Assembly (NCBI RefSeq): GCF_964194155.1
Contig: NC_135909.1
Coordinates: 13,144,001 to 13,208,000 of the forward strand
DNA: 64,000 bases
Direction of reading: 5' to 3'
DNA from: Cetorhinus maximus
Lineage: Eukaryota
Positions within the stretch are counted from its first letter, which is position 1. The number at the start of each line of letters is the position of its first letter. The notes under the pieces are model-generated. The model was not told the origin of the DNA and ran no database searches. It saw nothing but the letters and a program-made list of their open reading frames with translations. Below, in pieces: positions 12,501 through 24,459 of the stretch. Position numbers and translations under genes: made by a program.

Positions 12501-14159
12501 AAGGACAGAAAGAGCTCATCCCGCCTGTGGTGGGTATTTGGTTGTGTGATATAATTACTCTTAGATCCGTGCCCTGTCCCCATTGTCCTGTCTTTCCTTC
12601 CTTCAAGACTTTTTTTCTCCAATTTTCTTTAAAAGTTAATCATGAATCTGCTTCCACCACCCTCCCAGGTAGCTTCCATTTCACAACAACCCACTCTGTA
12701 AAATATATTCTCCTCATCCCGCTCCTGGTTCTTTTCCCAATCAGCTTCAAACTGTGTCCTTTGGTTAGCGACCCTTCTGTTAGTGGAAACAGTTTCTCCT
12801 TATTTACTCTACCAAACTGGTCATCATTTTGAACACCTCATGGCAGATGTTTTTTTCGATGCAAAGCAAGTGGAGACAATACACGCGAATCTTTAAGAAG
12901 ATTGAAGCCGAATGCGAAGTTATCCAAATTCGAGTGATTTCAGCAACAGCGCCGTGATTTAATAAAACCCCCCAAAGCGCTTCAATGGAGCTTTATCAAG
13001 CAACACTCGCCACCAAGTCACATATTTGGACAACTGAATGAAACCTTCGTAAAATTGACAGACTTGAAGAGGGTGTTAAGGGGGAGAGTGGAGTGAGGAT
13101 GTTTCTAGAAGGAATTGTAAAGCTAATGGCTCAGACAGCTGAAGACGTGGCCGCCAATGATGAAAAAATGAAAAGTTTAAAGGATCAAGAGGTCAGAGTT
13201 GGAATCTGAAAGCGAAAGGGGCATGTCTGGGAATGGAACTGGAACTCCAGTCCAGCCAGTGAGAAATCTCCCCCTGAACCACTAATGTTCACACAGCCGC
13301 TCATTCCATGTTGCCAGCTGGAAACCTGTCTGAAGGAACATGCATCCTGACAGAGCGCCTGTGATATTCTCCCACTGTCTGAACTAAAGCTGCAACAGGA
13401 GTTGTTCATTACAGCTGTGATAACCGCGTTGATCTTGGTATTCAGTGGTGCAGGTTCACATCATCCGTGTTTAGTGCTGTCTGCCAGAAACAGTCTTGAA
13501 AGATGACTGAGCAGTTACCGAGGAGGCTGTATATGTCCAGTTGAAGTCTGTCTGTGGGCTGCGCAGACTGACTCTGATCAGCATCTTTCAAATATTTTTC
13601 TTTTGTCCTGAGATGGTGATGATTTTTCGTCTGCTCAGTGGTTTAGGTGGGAAAGTGGGGAGTGACCTGTATAGAAGGAAGTTCGGGACGGCAGTTTCTA
13701 TTTTCTGAGAATATTGATTAACCTCTTGCTGACTTTCTTCAATGCTTATCTAAAGCATTCGAACCCCCATCTTTTAAATGCCTCTGTTTAGACCGATTGC
13801 AAGTCTAATGCTATCTGTTGCGTCAAAGATCTACACCAATGATTTACACCAATGAAATGGGAATTTCTGACATTGTCAAACAGACGGTTCAAAACTTCAG
13901 CAATTTGAACAGTGACCATATTTTAAAAGTCCTCATTGTCTGTAAAATATTTTGAATGTCCTGTGGTTGCGAAAAGAGCTATAGAAATTCAGTAGAACTT
14001 CTAAAAGACATAGGCAGGTTGGTGGAATGGGCGGATAAGCGGCAGATAGAACCAGAGAAAAGTTACTGCGCAGAAAGAGGCCATTCAGCACATCTTGCCT
14101 GGACAGAAAAAAAGATGAAAAATTCTAATTTCTCAGTCAAAACCCACTTTCCAGCACCC

Positions 14160-16278
14160 GATCCAGCGAACATCTCCACTTCTGACCTTATGATAGAAGG
14201 AAGGTCAATGATGAAGCAACTGAAGATGGTTGGGCCGAGAACATTACCCTGAGTAACTCCTGCAGTGACGTCCTGGAGCTGAGATGACTGACTGTCAACA
14301 ACTACAACCATCTTCCTTTGCATTAGTTATGAATGCAACCAGTGGAGTTTTCTCCCTGATCCCCTTTGACTCCAGTTTTCCGAGGGCTCCTTGATGCCAC
14401 ACTCGGTCAAATACGGCCTTGCTGCCGAAGGCAGTCACTCTCACCTCAGCTCGGGAGTTCAGCTCTTTTGTCTATGTTTTATCAAAGGCTGTAACGAAGC
14501 CAGGAGCTTTGTGGCTCTGGCAGAATCCAAACTGGGCGTCAGTGAGTAGGTTATTGCTAAGCAAGTGCCGCTTGATATTACTATTGCTGACCCCTTCCAT
14601 TACATAACTGATGATCGAGAGTTGACTGGTGGGGAGGTACTTGGTCAGGTTGTATTTGTCCTGCTTTTTGTGTACAGGAAATACCTGGGCAGTTTTCCAC
14701 ATAGCCGGGTAGGTGCCAGTGTGGCAATTGCAATGGAACTACGTAGCTAAGGGCACGGCAAGTTCTGGGGTTCAAGCATTCAATACTATTGCCAGAATAT
14801 TGTCAGGGCCCATTGCCATTGCACTATCTCGTGCCTCCAGCTGTTTCTTGATATCAAGAAGTGAAGTAAAGAATCATGGAGTGAATTGAACTGGCTGAAG
14901 ACTGGCATCTGGGATGCTTGGGACCTCTGGACGGGGTCAAGATGAATCATCCACTCGGCACTTCTGGCTGGAGATTGTAGCGAATGTTATCTTTTGCACT
15001 GATGTTCTGGGTTCCTCCAATATTGTGGATGGGGATATTCCCCTCCTCCAGTGATTTGTTTAATTGTTCTCCAGCATTCGTGACTGGATGTGACAGTACT
15101 GCAGAGCTTAGATCAGTTCCGCTAGATCACTTAGCTCTATCACTTGCTGTTAATGCTGTTTGGCACGCAAATAGTCTTGTATTATAGCTTCACCAGGTGG
15201 ACAGCTCAGATTTAGGTAAGCCTGGTGCAGCTCCTGACATGCCCTCCTCACTCATCATTGAACCAGGGTAGATATCCTGGCCTGGTGGTAATGATAAAGT
15301 GGGGGATATGCCAGCCCATGATTTTTCATATTGTGTTCGAGTGCAATTCTGCTGCTGGTGATCGCTCACAGGGTCTCATGGATGACCAACCTTGTGTTGC
15401 TAAATCTGTTCACAACCTATCCCGTTTAGCACGGTGGTAGTGCCACAGAACACGATGGAGACTGTCCCCAACGTGAAGGCGGGACTTTGTCTGCACAACA
15501 TCTGTGCAGTGGTCATGCCGACCGAAATGTCATGGACAGATGCATCTGCGGCAGGCAGATTGGTGAGGATGAGGTCAAGTATGATTTTCCCTCTTGTTGG
15601 TTCCCTCAGTACCTGCCGCAGACCCAATCTCGCAGCAATGTCATTTAGGCCTCGCTCAGCTTGATCAGTAATGGTGCTACCGAGCCACTTTTGGATTTGC
15701 ACATTAAAGCCCCCCCCCCCACTCAGAGGACATTCTGTGCCCTTGCCACCCTCAGTGTTTCCTCCAAGTGGTGTTCAACATGGAGGAACACAGATTCAAT
15801 AGCTGAGCAAGGGCGGTACTTGGTAATCAGCAGGTTTCCTTGCCCATTTTTGACCTGATGCCATGAGACTTCATGGGTCCTGGAGTCGATGTTGAAGAAT
15901 CCCAGGACAACAGCCTGCCGACTGTATGTCACTGTTCCGCCATCTCTGTTGGGTCTGTCCTGCCTGTGGGACAGGACATACCCAGGGATGGTGATGGTCG
16001 TGTCTGGGAAATTATCTGTAAGTTATGATCCCGTGAGGATCACTATGTCTGGCTGTTGCTTGCCTAGGCTGTGAGGCAGCTATCCCAATTTCGGCACTAG
16101 CCCCCAGGAGTTAGTAAGGGGGACTTTGCAGGGTGGATAGGGCTGAGATTGCCGGTGCCGAGTTCGATTCCGCGTGGTCCGTCCAGTTTCATTCCTTTTT
16201 TGTGAATTTGTAGCGGTTATTACAACTGAGAGGCTTGGTAGGCCATTTCAGAGGGCATTTAAGAGTCAACCACATTGC
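14160..16278 (-). mobile_element. Non-LTR retrotransposon (APE endonuclease + RT, CR1/L2-related), fragmented
   Basis: ORFs 15400..15702 (LGLRQVLREPTRGKIILDLILTN, APE), 14472..14702 (WKTAQVFPVHKK..AQFGF) and 14063..14323 (TAGVTQGNVLGPTIFSCFIIDL, RT). Confidence 0.85.
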
Positions 16279-16653
16279 TCTCGCTTCGACAAAGCGATCA
16301 TGTGGCGCTAACTCACCAATAAACCTGCTCACTGAAGTTCAATGTTGTTTCCGCCAGGGCCACTCAGCTCCCGATCTCATTGTAGCCTTGATCCAAATAT
16401 GGACAAAAGGGCTGAACTCGAGACGTGATGTGCAAGAGACTGCAGTTGACTATACAGGAGCATTTGGCAGAGTGTGGCATTGAGAAACCCAACAAAACTA
16501 AAATCAATTTACATAAGGATGGAAACTCTCCACTGTTTGGAGTCGTACCCGGGGTTTCTAAGACATTCCAAAAGATTTACAGCATTTCGCTTTTTGTTGA
16601 TAACCTGTGGGTGGCAATGAAAGGACATGTTTAATACTTTCCAAGTGAAAGCT

Positions 16654-16743
16654 GGCTCTTTGGTCTAGGGGTATGATTCTCGCTTTAAGAGCCGTGTTGA
16701 TTTAACATGTAAGAGTTCCCGGGATCAATTCCTGGACGAGCCC
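16654..16743 (+). pseudogene. tRNA-Pro-body pseudogene with 18-nt insert at intron position 37/38; anticodon reads TAA
   Basis: GGCTCTTTGGTCTAGGGGTATGATTCTCGCTT-TAA-G [16690-16707] TGTAAGAGTTCCCGGGATCAATTCCTGGACGAGCCC = 72+18 nt; B box and anticodon stem damaged. Confidence 0.8.
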
Positions 16744-17357
16744 CCCCAGCATTTTAATACATGCATTGGTGTGCTCGAGGTGGTGCCATTTGGGGAAATC
16801 AGGACCAGGTTTGAACATCCGGGAATTTATTGCAGAGAATAAATCACTTCAACACAAGCGAAGAAAATGAATACAAAGCATCGAGAACGTTTCTCCTAAT
16901 TCGTCAAATAAGGCAACTCTCCCCTTGTGGGTTCAGTCCGAGGCTGATTTTAATCAGTTACAGCCTTGACTGAAAGGTCAAACAGAACGGCAGAATTCTA
17001 CGGCCCACAGTTTCATTTTAACTTACCGCATTTCGGCTGTGTTCCGGTGCTTGCAGTGAGCCAGGAAGAGTTTCTTTTTGCTTCCAAATTAATGTATGTC
17101 CCGGACTTTCCGCGGTGGATTTTCACTCTGTGTAGAAACATGTTGAATATCATGTTGAAATATTGAAGTTATTCACATCATTCCATTTACCACAGTTCCT
17201 GATCTGATGTGATGGAAATTTGTTCTATTGACAAACTACATTTCCATAATTAGAGATGTGGCTGAATATTCAGGACCTGTACAAAAGAGGAGCATTTATT
17301 TCAACAGTTAATGAATGCAAAAAGTATAGAAGGAAGTTTAATAAATTCGAGTTTCGT

Positions 17358-17439
17358 GACGAGGTGGCCGAGAGGTTAAGGCGATGGACTGCTAATCCAT
17401 TGTGCTTTGCACGCGTGGGTTCAAATCCCACCCTCGTCG
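17358..17439 (+). tRNA. tRNA-Ser(GCT), near-intact
   Basis: GACGAGGTGGCCGAGAGGTTAAGGCGATGGACTGCTAATCCATTGTGCTTTGCACGCGTGGGTTCAAATCCCACCCTCGTCG, 82 nt; all stems pair; about 3 loop differences from the vertebrate consensus. Confidence 0.9.
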
Positions 17440-17529
17440 TTACTTTATCAACTGCTTCTTCGCAAGTGCGGTGATTTTGCTTAAGGTGTGTCTGAAATCA
17501 CTGATGTTAAATTTGCGAGGCCAGGTTGC

Positions 17530-17845
17530 AGAGGCAGTCGCGCAGTGATAACGTCTCTGGGCTAATAATCCACAGAAGGCAAGTGTAAAGTGAAACTTCC
17601 GGGAGACATGGGTTCGTTTCCCACCATGGCTGCTGGTGGAATTTAAGCTCTAATCCCAATGATCAATCATCGATTGTCGTAAAAGCAAGCTGGTTCACTG
17701 ATATCTGCGATCATTACCTGGTCGGGCCGCCAGGTGACTCCAAACAACCCGCTGAGCAAGCCACACAGTTCAAGGGCAATTGGAGATGGGATACACATGC
17801 TGGCCTTGCGATCGATGCTCACATCCCAGGAAATAAGATGGAAAA
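17530..17845 (+). mobile_element. tRNA-derived SINE sharing its 3' tail with the CR1/L2-like LINE
   Basis: Head GGCAGTCGCGCAGTG..ATGGGTTCGTTTCCCACCATGGC; tail CAAGGGCAATTGGAGATGGG..CACATCCCAGGAAATAA. Confidence 0.65.
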
Positions 17846-18398
17846 AGGAGACGGCATATCTCATTGATTGAACCTTTCATCAGTCCAGTGATTGACAGAC
17901 CTGTTGAATGTTCAAACACCCTGTGACTTTAAAAGAAAATCAAACCAGGATATCTCAGTGAAACACAAGAACTTCTCGTTAATCTGTTCCAGGGAACTGA
18001 AACAACATACTTTCTATACCCTCACGGAATGAAGCCAGACAGGAGGCTATACATGTGTCTCAATGATCAGTCAATGTCGGTCAGGAAGAGTGTGTTCGAT
18101 GGTCGATGGATTCCTCTGTGAGGAATCTCTGGGAAGGGTTTGTTTTTGCTGCAAAATGTTTGTCTGTTTCAGTCTTTCCGCAGTAGGTTTTCACACTGAG
18201 CAGAGATATGTTGAGCATAGTGTTGAAGTGTTTCACATTAGTCCATTCACATCAGCGATGGGAATTTTGTCTGCTGACCGAAACTGCATTTCCATTTTTG
18301 AACATCTGACTGAATATTCAGGACCTGTGCCAAAGAGGATCATTTAGTTCAACAGTTCATGGATGCTAAAACTACATGACGTCGTTAATAATGCATGT

Positions 18399-18471
18399 GA
18401 CGAGTTGGTCCAGAGTTTAAGGCTGCTAATCCATTGTGCATCCCACGCGTGAATTTAAATCCTGTTTCTGT
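18399..18471 (+). pseudogene. tRNA-Ser(GCT) pseudogene
   Basis: GACGAGTTGGTCCAGAGTTTAAGG--CTGCTAATCCATTGTGC..CACGCGTG; upstream flank 18305-18390 is homologous to 17260-17345. Confidence 0.75.
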
Positions 18472-18919
18472 ATGGGACGGTGTTATGTAGAAATGAAATC
18501 TGAAATTCCCATTGTGATATCAGACCCAAGTTATGAGGGCAGACAGATTGTCTCGAATTTCTCTGTAATACCTTGAATATCAATGTTTAAGGATTGATCT
18601 GATTGAAAATTTTACAATGATTAAATTATATTCTAGTTTAGCTTTTTGTTTTTATCTCGTTATTTAGTCTGGCGGGTAGTGTGCAAAGCATTTAGCTTTT
18701 ACAGGGGTGATGACAAGAAGCACTGGGAATCGAAATTCTTGTTACACTCTCTCCCCTGCTGTGATAACAAGCCCGTCTCTTTCAACTGTGGGTATCTAGC
18801 TCTCATTGTCTGTGACATTTCTTCAATTAACAATCTACTTCTACCGGTCCTTGGAGTGAAATGCCTTCTGTCGCCATTGCTATGCTGTGGATTATCATCC
18901 AGTCAGTTGTTGTCTTGCA

Positions 18920-19225
18920 TTTTACGATCAGGAGGTTGTGAGTTCAAAACTCACGCCAGAATCCTGAGCACAAATTCAGGCTGACACTCTAGCGCAGTGC
19001 AGAGTGAATGCGTGATCAGTGGTTCCAGCTTTTAGATGATATGGTGAACTGAGGTGCCATCTGCCTTCTCAAGTAAAATATACCATGCACAATTTCGGAC
19101 AGGGGTGGGGTGCTATTCCATGGTGTCGGAGACAACATTTGCCCCTCAATCAACATCGCTTCAAAACAGATTATCTTGTCTTTATCACATTGCTGTTCCT
19201 GGACCCTGGCTGTGTGCAAATTTTT
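18920..19225 (+). mobile_element. Deu-domain SINE, paralog of 7250-7570
   Basis: Same motifs, inside the duplicated block. Confidence 0.6.
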
Positions 19226-20061
19226 TTTAACAATTTGTCCAAAAATGCAGTGTTTGAAATCCTGTGAGGAAAAATCAAATTATTATTGAATACTCTGCTG
19301 AGTGAGCTTCATTGGACAGCAGAGAAATCAGGTGAGGAATTCGAGTAAATCAACACCAGTAAACAAGTAACCGTCAAAACTCGATCAACTCTTGCGAAGA
19401 TCAATGAGTAAAATCTGAGAACTCCGTGCATCATCAGTTCATTGACTAGAGACACTTACAAAAGTATTGTGTTCCATGTGTCTGTAATGCAAACCTGAAG
19501 CGACGAAACCTTACCAGTTCATGGTGATATTGGGGATGGAATTCCATATTTTAAATAAGCAATTAAGAATGAACGATCATATCTGTTCAAATAATGATTA
19601 ACTGTGTCTTTGACGTGTCTGTTTCCGCTATGCTGATACTATTGCCCTTCTCGATGGTCCATGTCTCAAGCCAGACGCTGCTGTTCAAAGACATATGGGA
19701 ATTATTGCAGGTTGTCCTGTAGATCGGACATACTGAAGCTCATATACATAAACTTCATTATATCGTTTCCAGTTAAGATTATTTTTTGTTACTCAGATAA
19801 TCATAGAGTGATAGAGAGCAAGGGAAGGCCATTCGGACCATTGCCTGAAATGGGCTGAGAGAAAGGGGAAATCCTCGGCTGGTGTATTTTTGCAGCACTT
19901 CTGCTCCCTCCTGTGGGAAATAAAACGATTTGAGAGATTGGTTACAGTTTGAAGTGTTTACTGGAAGCAAGAAGCTGATGTAAATTTACTGTGAAGCAAA
20001 TTCAATGTCATTTTATGTCGCAGCCAAATGTTTATTTTTGGTGTTAATGAGAATAATAAAT

Positions 20062-20133
20062 AAACTGACTATGGTTTCAATCCATCGATCACTGGGTTAG
20101 GAGGTCAGCACGCTTCTGCAAAGCCAGCCTCCT
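20062..20133 (-). pseudogene. tRNA-iMet pseudogene
   Basis: ATGGTTTCAATCCATCGATCACTGGGTTAGGAGGTCAGCACGCTTC aligns to the iMet reverse complement; anticodon and acceptor stem mutated; same position in the duplicated block as 8412-8475. Confidence 0.75.
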
Positions 20134-21571
20134 CCAACGCACAAGTTTCTACTGCCTATTACTGTTGTTTGATAGCCAAACACCTATTCACTTCCTCAGT
20201 ACTTTTTAAACAAAAGCACAACTATTGGGAAGTTCACCCTGGCTCCACAAATCCACTTACACCACCTCGAATGCAACACGCAGGGAAAGACACGCACAAA
20301 AATAGCAAGAAATTATCAGAACACACACAATGGCTGACAGGAAAAGGTACCGAGCAAACCAGCAAGATACTGAGAAGGAGAAACTGATCATTCATGAAAA
20401 GGTGTTTTTTGTTTCATAAAGATAGACCCTGTTTTTAAATGTATTGCCTGTTGTGTAAATGGGCTCATGCTTTGCAACTGTTCTTCCTGTCTTGGAACTG
20501 TGATCCTTCCGCTGACACATCTTCACTGTGTTTGTGTAAAATGCATCCCTGTTGTGCAAATGTGACCCCGCCTGTGTAAGTATGATCTGCCTTGTGCAAA
20601 TATTTTCTCTGTTCGGTAAAGGTGTTTCCTGTTGTGTAAAGATATTCTCTGCTCTGTGAAGATTTTTTTCTGTGAGAAAATATTTCCTTCCTGGAGTCAT
20701 GATGTTCCCTGTCAGATGCTGCCTTGATGTCAAGGGCAGTCACTGTCACTTCGCCCGCTGAGTTCAGCTCTTTTGTCCCTGTTTCAGCCAAGGTTGCAGT
20801 GCAGTCAGGAGCTGAATGGCCCTGGTGGATCCCACACTAAGCGTTGGGATAAATTCTGAATCAGTCAGTGGCACTGAATGTCAAAGTGGGAATCATTCTG
20901 TATCTATCAGCCACCATTACTGTTAGGGAAATTGGGACTAATTCAGAAGCTAAATGTCTCTGGTATCTTCTTACTTTTAGGCAAACCCTCGGTATAGAGG
21001 TTGATTGCCCCGCTTGATGGGCATGTTAGTGTGGGTGATATACCAGGCCATGGTTTGAGCAATTATGGTCGAATACAATTGTGCTGCTGCTGATGGACCT
21101 TAGTAACTCACGGATTACCCGTTTTGATGTCCTAGATCTGTTCAAAATTTATCCCATTTAACAATGCGTCTGTTCCACGTAACACAATTTGAAGATGGGA
21201 CCTTGTCTCCACAAGTACTGCGTGATGCTCAGTCGTACCAACAATGTCATGGACCCGTTCGTCAAATACTCTTTTTAAAGTTAATAAGAGAGTGTCAACA
21301 TTGTTTTCTGAAAGGGAAATCATATTTAACCAATTTATTAGCGTCCGTTGAAGGAGGAACATGTGCGGTGGATGAACAGGAACTTGTAGAAGTACTGAAC
21401 TTGTATTTCCAGAAGGCATTTAACAAGGTGCCTCATCAAATGCTATTGTGTGTGTGTGTTGGGAGGGGGGTAGCTCATGGTGTAGGGGGTAAAATGTTAC
21501 CATTGATGGAAGATTTGATAGCTGGCAGAAAACAGGGGTTTGCATAAACGAGTCTTTTACTGATTGGCTGG

Positions 21572-21965
21572 ATTTTTTTTTATTCATTCATGGGATGTGG
21601 TCATCGCGAGGCGAGGCCAGAAGTCCTTCACCATCCCTCAATGCCGTTGAGAACGTGGTGGTGAGCTGTCTTCTTGATCCACAATCCATGTGGTGTCTCA
21701 ACACCCATAGTGCTATCAGAGGGCAGATAAAATGTAACCAAGTTGCTGTGGGTCCAGAGTCACATGTTGGCCCGGTAAGGATGGCAACTTTCCTTCCCAA
21801 AAGGATATCAGTGAACCAGATTTTTTTTTGTGACAATCGACGATGGTTTCATGGCCTGTATTACTGAGATACTCAGAATTCAAATTCTCCAGCAGCTGTG
21901 GTGGGATTTGTACACATATACTCAGTGCATGTGCCTGGGATCGCTGGATTATTCGTCCAGTGATA
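21572..21965 (-). mobile_element. tRNA-headed SINE-like element with a longer LINE 3' tail
   Basis: A-tail seen as a T-run at 21573-21581, LINE tail, SINE body; head near 21900-21965. Confidence 0.6.
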
Positions 21966-22906
21966 TTACTTCTTTCTGTATCTCTGATACCAAATTATTT
22001 CGCATTATTCAGTCTGCAACTTGTTTCAGATTCTCTATGAGGGTTGGGTCACTTGTTGAGCCTGTCAGGCAAACTGTACGTGTACAATTGATTTGTTCTG
22101 ACAGTCAGCTTCCGGTACTGTAAATGAGTCTGGCAGTTATTCTGTGCGTTTTATTCTATGGCATTGTAATGGAGTTTCTAAATCTCATCATTCCGAATCT
22201 CTCATTGGCGCTGTGTATGCGTTTCTGTAGGGGTGTGTGTGTGTTATTAACTCATCATCACTCAGTGCCACTGTATGTGAATGTGGATTAAAGCCTCAGA
22301 TTCTCTCACAGACTCTGTGATCCGCTTGCCTTTGCGCATTCCTCAGAAACGCTTGGACTGCCTGAGACGTCAGTGGGCGGCGGGTTTGAAATCCATGGCG
22401 CAGGATGATGAGTGTGAAAACAGCCGACTTTAAAACATGTGAGTTGGAAAGTGAAGCGCGAACTTGTGTGTGAGAAGATCACAGAAAAGCGATGGCTGGA
22501 GCTGCCCCGAGAGACAAGTTTTGGGTTGTCAGTAAAATATAACTCCTGTAATGAAGGCACAAAATTAGAAACAGGAAATGCGGGGAATATTCAGCAGCTC
22601 CGAAAGCAGCTGTGGAGAGAGATTCCTGTCGCCAGGATGTAACTCTCCAATTGGATACTTCACGCCGCTCAGATCTTACACTCTCATCACCTTCGTGTGA
22701 GGAACAGGTCGGGTGGGAATTGGGTTTTTGTTGATTTGAGCAAACAGAGCAATGCAGCAATGAGAAGCTCCTCATCCCCCGGCGGCTTGGGGAAGGATGG
22801 GATTCAGATACAGGAACCTGACAGGTGCTGAAAAAAGGAAAATCACATCGAGTTTTAAATACAATGAAGATGAAAATAGAATTCAAACCATTTGTGGCTC
22901 AAGTGA

Positions 22907-22986
22907 GTTAGGATGTTCGAGTGGTTTAAGCGATCTTTCGGTCCCCATTTTCTCTCGAGTCGTGGGTATAATTCCCACTCCCAACA
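22907..22986 (+). pseudogene. tRNA-Leu(CAG) pseudogene
   Basis: GTTAGGATGTTCGAGTGGTTTAAGCG..GTCGTGGGTATAATTCCCACTCCCAACA, followed by the same LINE fragment as the intact Leu gene. Confidence 0.7.
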
Positions 22987-23449
22987 TTAATTATCCTTCC
23001 ACAGCTCAGTCCAAACCCGCGACTCCTGCTGGCGAGAAGGACAAGGGCAGCAGACGCATGGGAACACCATCACCTGCAAACACACTACATTAAACTGAAA
23101 ATTACAACAAGTGCATCATTTTTTCACTTGGAAGAGGTATTTGGGTTTTGAGGAGGTAAAAAGCTGATGTTGTGTTCCCTGCATTTGCATAGAAAGGCGC
23201 GGTGAAAAGGGGAGGGGATATTGGCGGGGGAGCAGGGGGAGCGGAGGCGATTCAGTGTGGAGAATGGGGAGGGCAGGGGAGGATGGTTTTGATTGTAGCA
23301 TATAGGCCCCACGATATAGCTCCCACGCTATTGGCTCCACGCCCACAACTGCCCAACGCCCACTCCAGGTTCGGAAACACCCTTCTTTCTTTGATGAGGT
23401 TGAAATGGGGAAAGTTCCCGTTAATTTCAGGACGCTGGATTGTTGCAGA

Positions 23450-23620
23450 GATCTGCGCATGCGCGGAATAACCAACACCCCGTCCCCACTTCGTCGTCAT
23501 AAGGCAAAGAGCGCATGCGCACCCCTCCCCCAACCCAGTCCCTGACCGTCATTCACTCAGTGAGTGTAAGATGGTTTCATTCAGCAGCGACCGGAGACAT
23601 CGCGGCCCCGCGGGTAAGTG
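23450..23620 (+). promoter_or_regulatory. CpG-rich promoter-like region with two NRF1 palindromes and a candidate first-exon donor
   Basis: TGCGCATGCGC 23454-23464, GCGCATGCGCA 23511-23521, CGG|GTAAGT at 23614. Confidence 0.5.
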
Positions 23621-24459
23621 AACAAACAGCATCTGCTTCCAGCAGCACATCGATTTGGGACCGCGTCCGCAGAGATGTTCAGAGATTGAGATTGACTGCC
23701 GGGCACGTTCGGGGGAGTCGGGGTCTGTTTGCAATCGGCCCAGTGGGACAGGATCTGGTCCCGGAATATGGAGTGAGCGGGGGGAAGGGAGAGGCAATTC
23801 TCAGCCAGTGTCTGAACAGGGCCAGGGAGACAGAATGGCAAGAACTCGCTATTGAAGCTCATTGCTGTTCTCTCTCCCCAAACCGCAGTCAAGGTTCCTC
23901 GTTTAGTTCCCGTCTCCCACTGTTTGTTGTTATTGAACAATGAACAGTGGAAAAAAATAACTGCACAAAAATGATGAGAAAAGTTGTACAAACAAAATCT
24001 ATTGCAGGTATCAGGTGAGACGTGTGAAGGACACATTTAAAACAGCGGCTGCTTGTTTGCGGTTGGATACTTAGTTCAAATGGGAGCGGGAATTAGAAAC
24101 ATGACCAGAGTAAAAGCTCCATCGGACAACTCAACTCAGGGAACAGTGCATGGATTGGGCTGTTTCTGAATATCACAAAATTGTTGTAAAATCGTTCAAA
24201 ACACCCGGTCAGCAGAAGCAGATTGGTGTCTTACTGCAGTGGAGTCAGACATTGGTTGTGCTAAAAGGTTTAATTATCCGATGGTTCCTAATGATTATTA
24301 TTTGAAAGGTTACATTGATAACTTTTGCATCTTTTATTTAATCTATTCTTCGGTTAAATGAGTTATTTTGCTTCTTGCAGCCAAATATTTGGAGGAACCA
24401 GATTATTCCTTGACATAAGGGAAATGTCACCAAGCCAGTTCCAACACGAAGCAGGTACA

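Noticed and set aside
13430-13950. Possible decayed coding fragment (integrase- or RT-like) on the minus strand, with a weak echo at 22000-22200
   Set aside because: Frequent stops and no motif I can assign with confidence; needs a BLASTX/HMM search
23515-24036. 142-aa and 151-aa overlapping ORFs
   Set aside because: GC-rich promoter-like DNA; no recognisable domain
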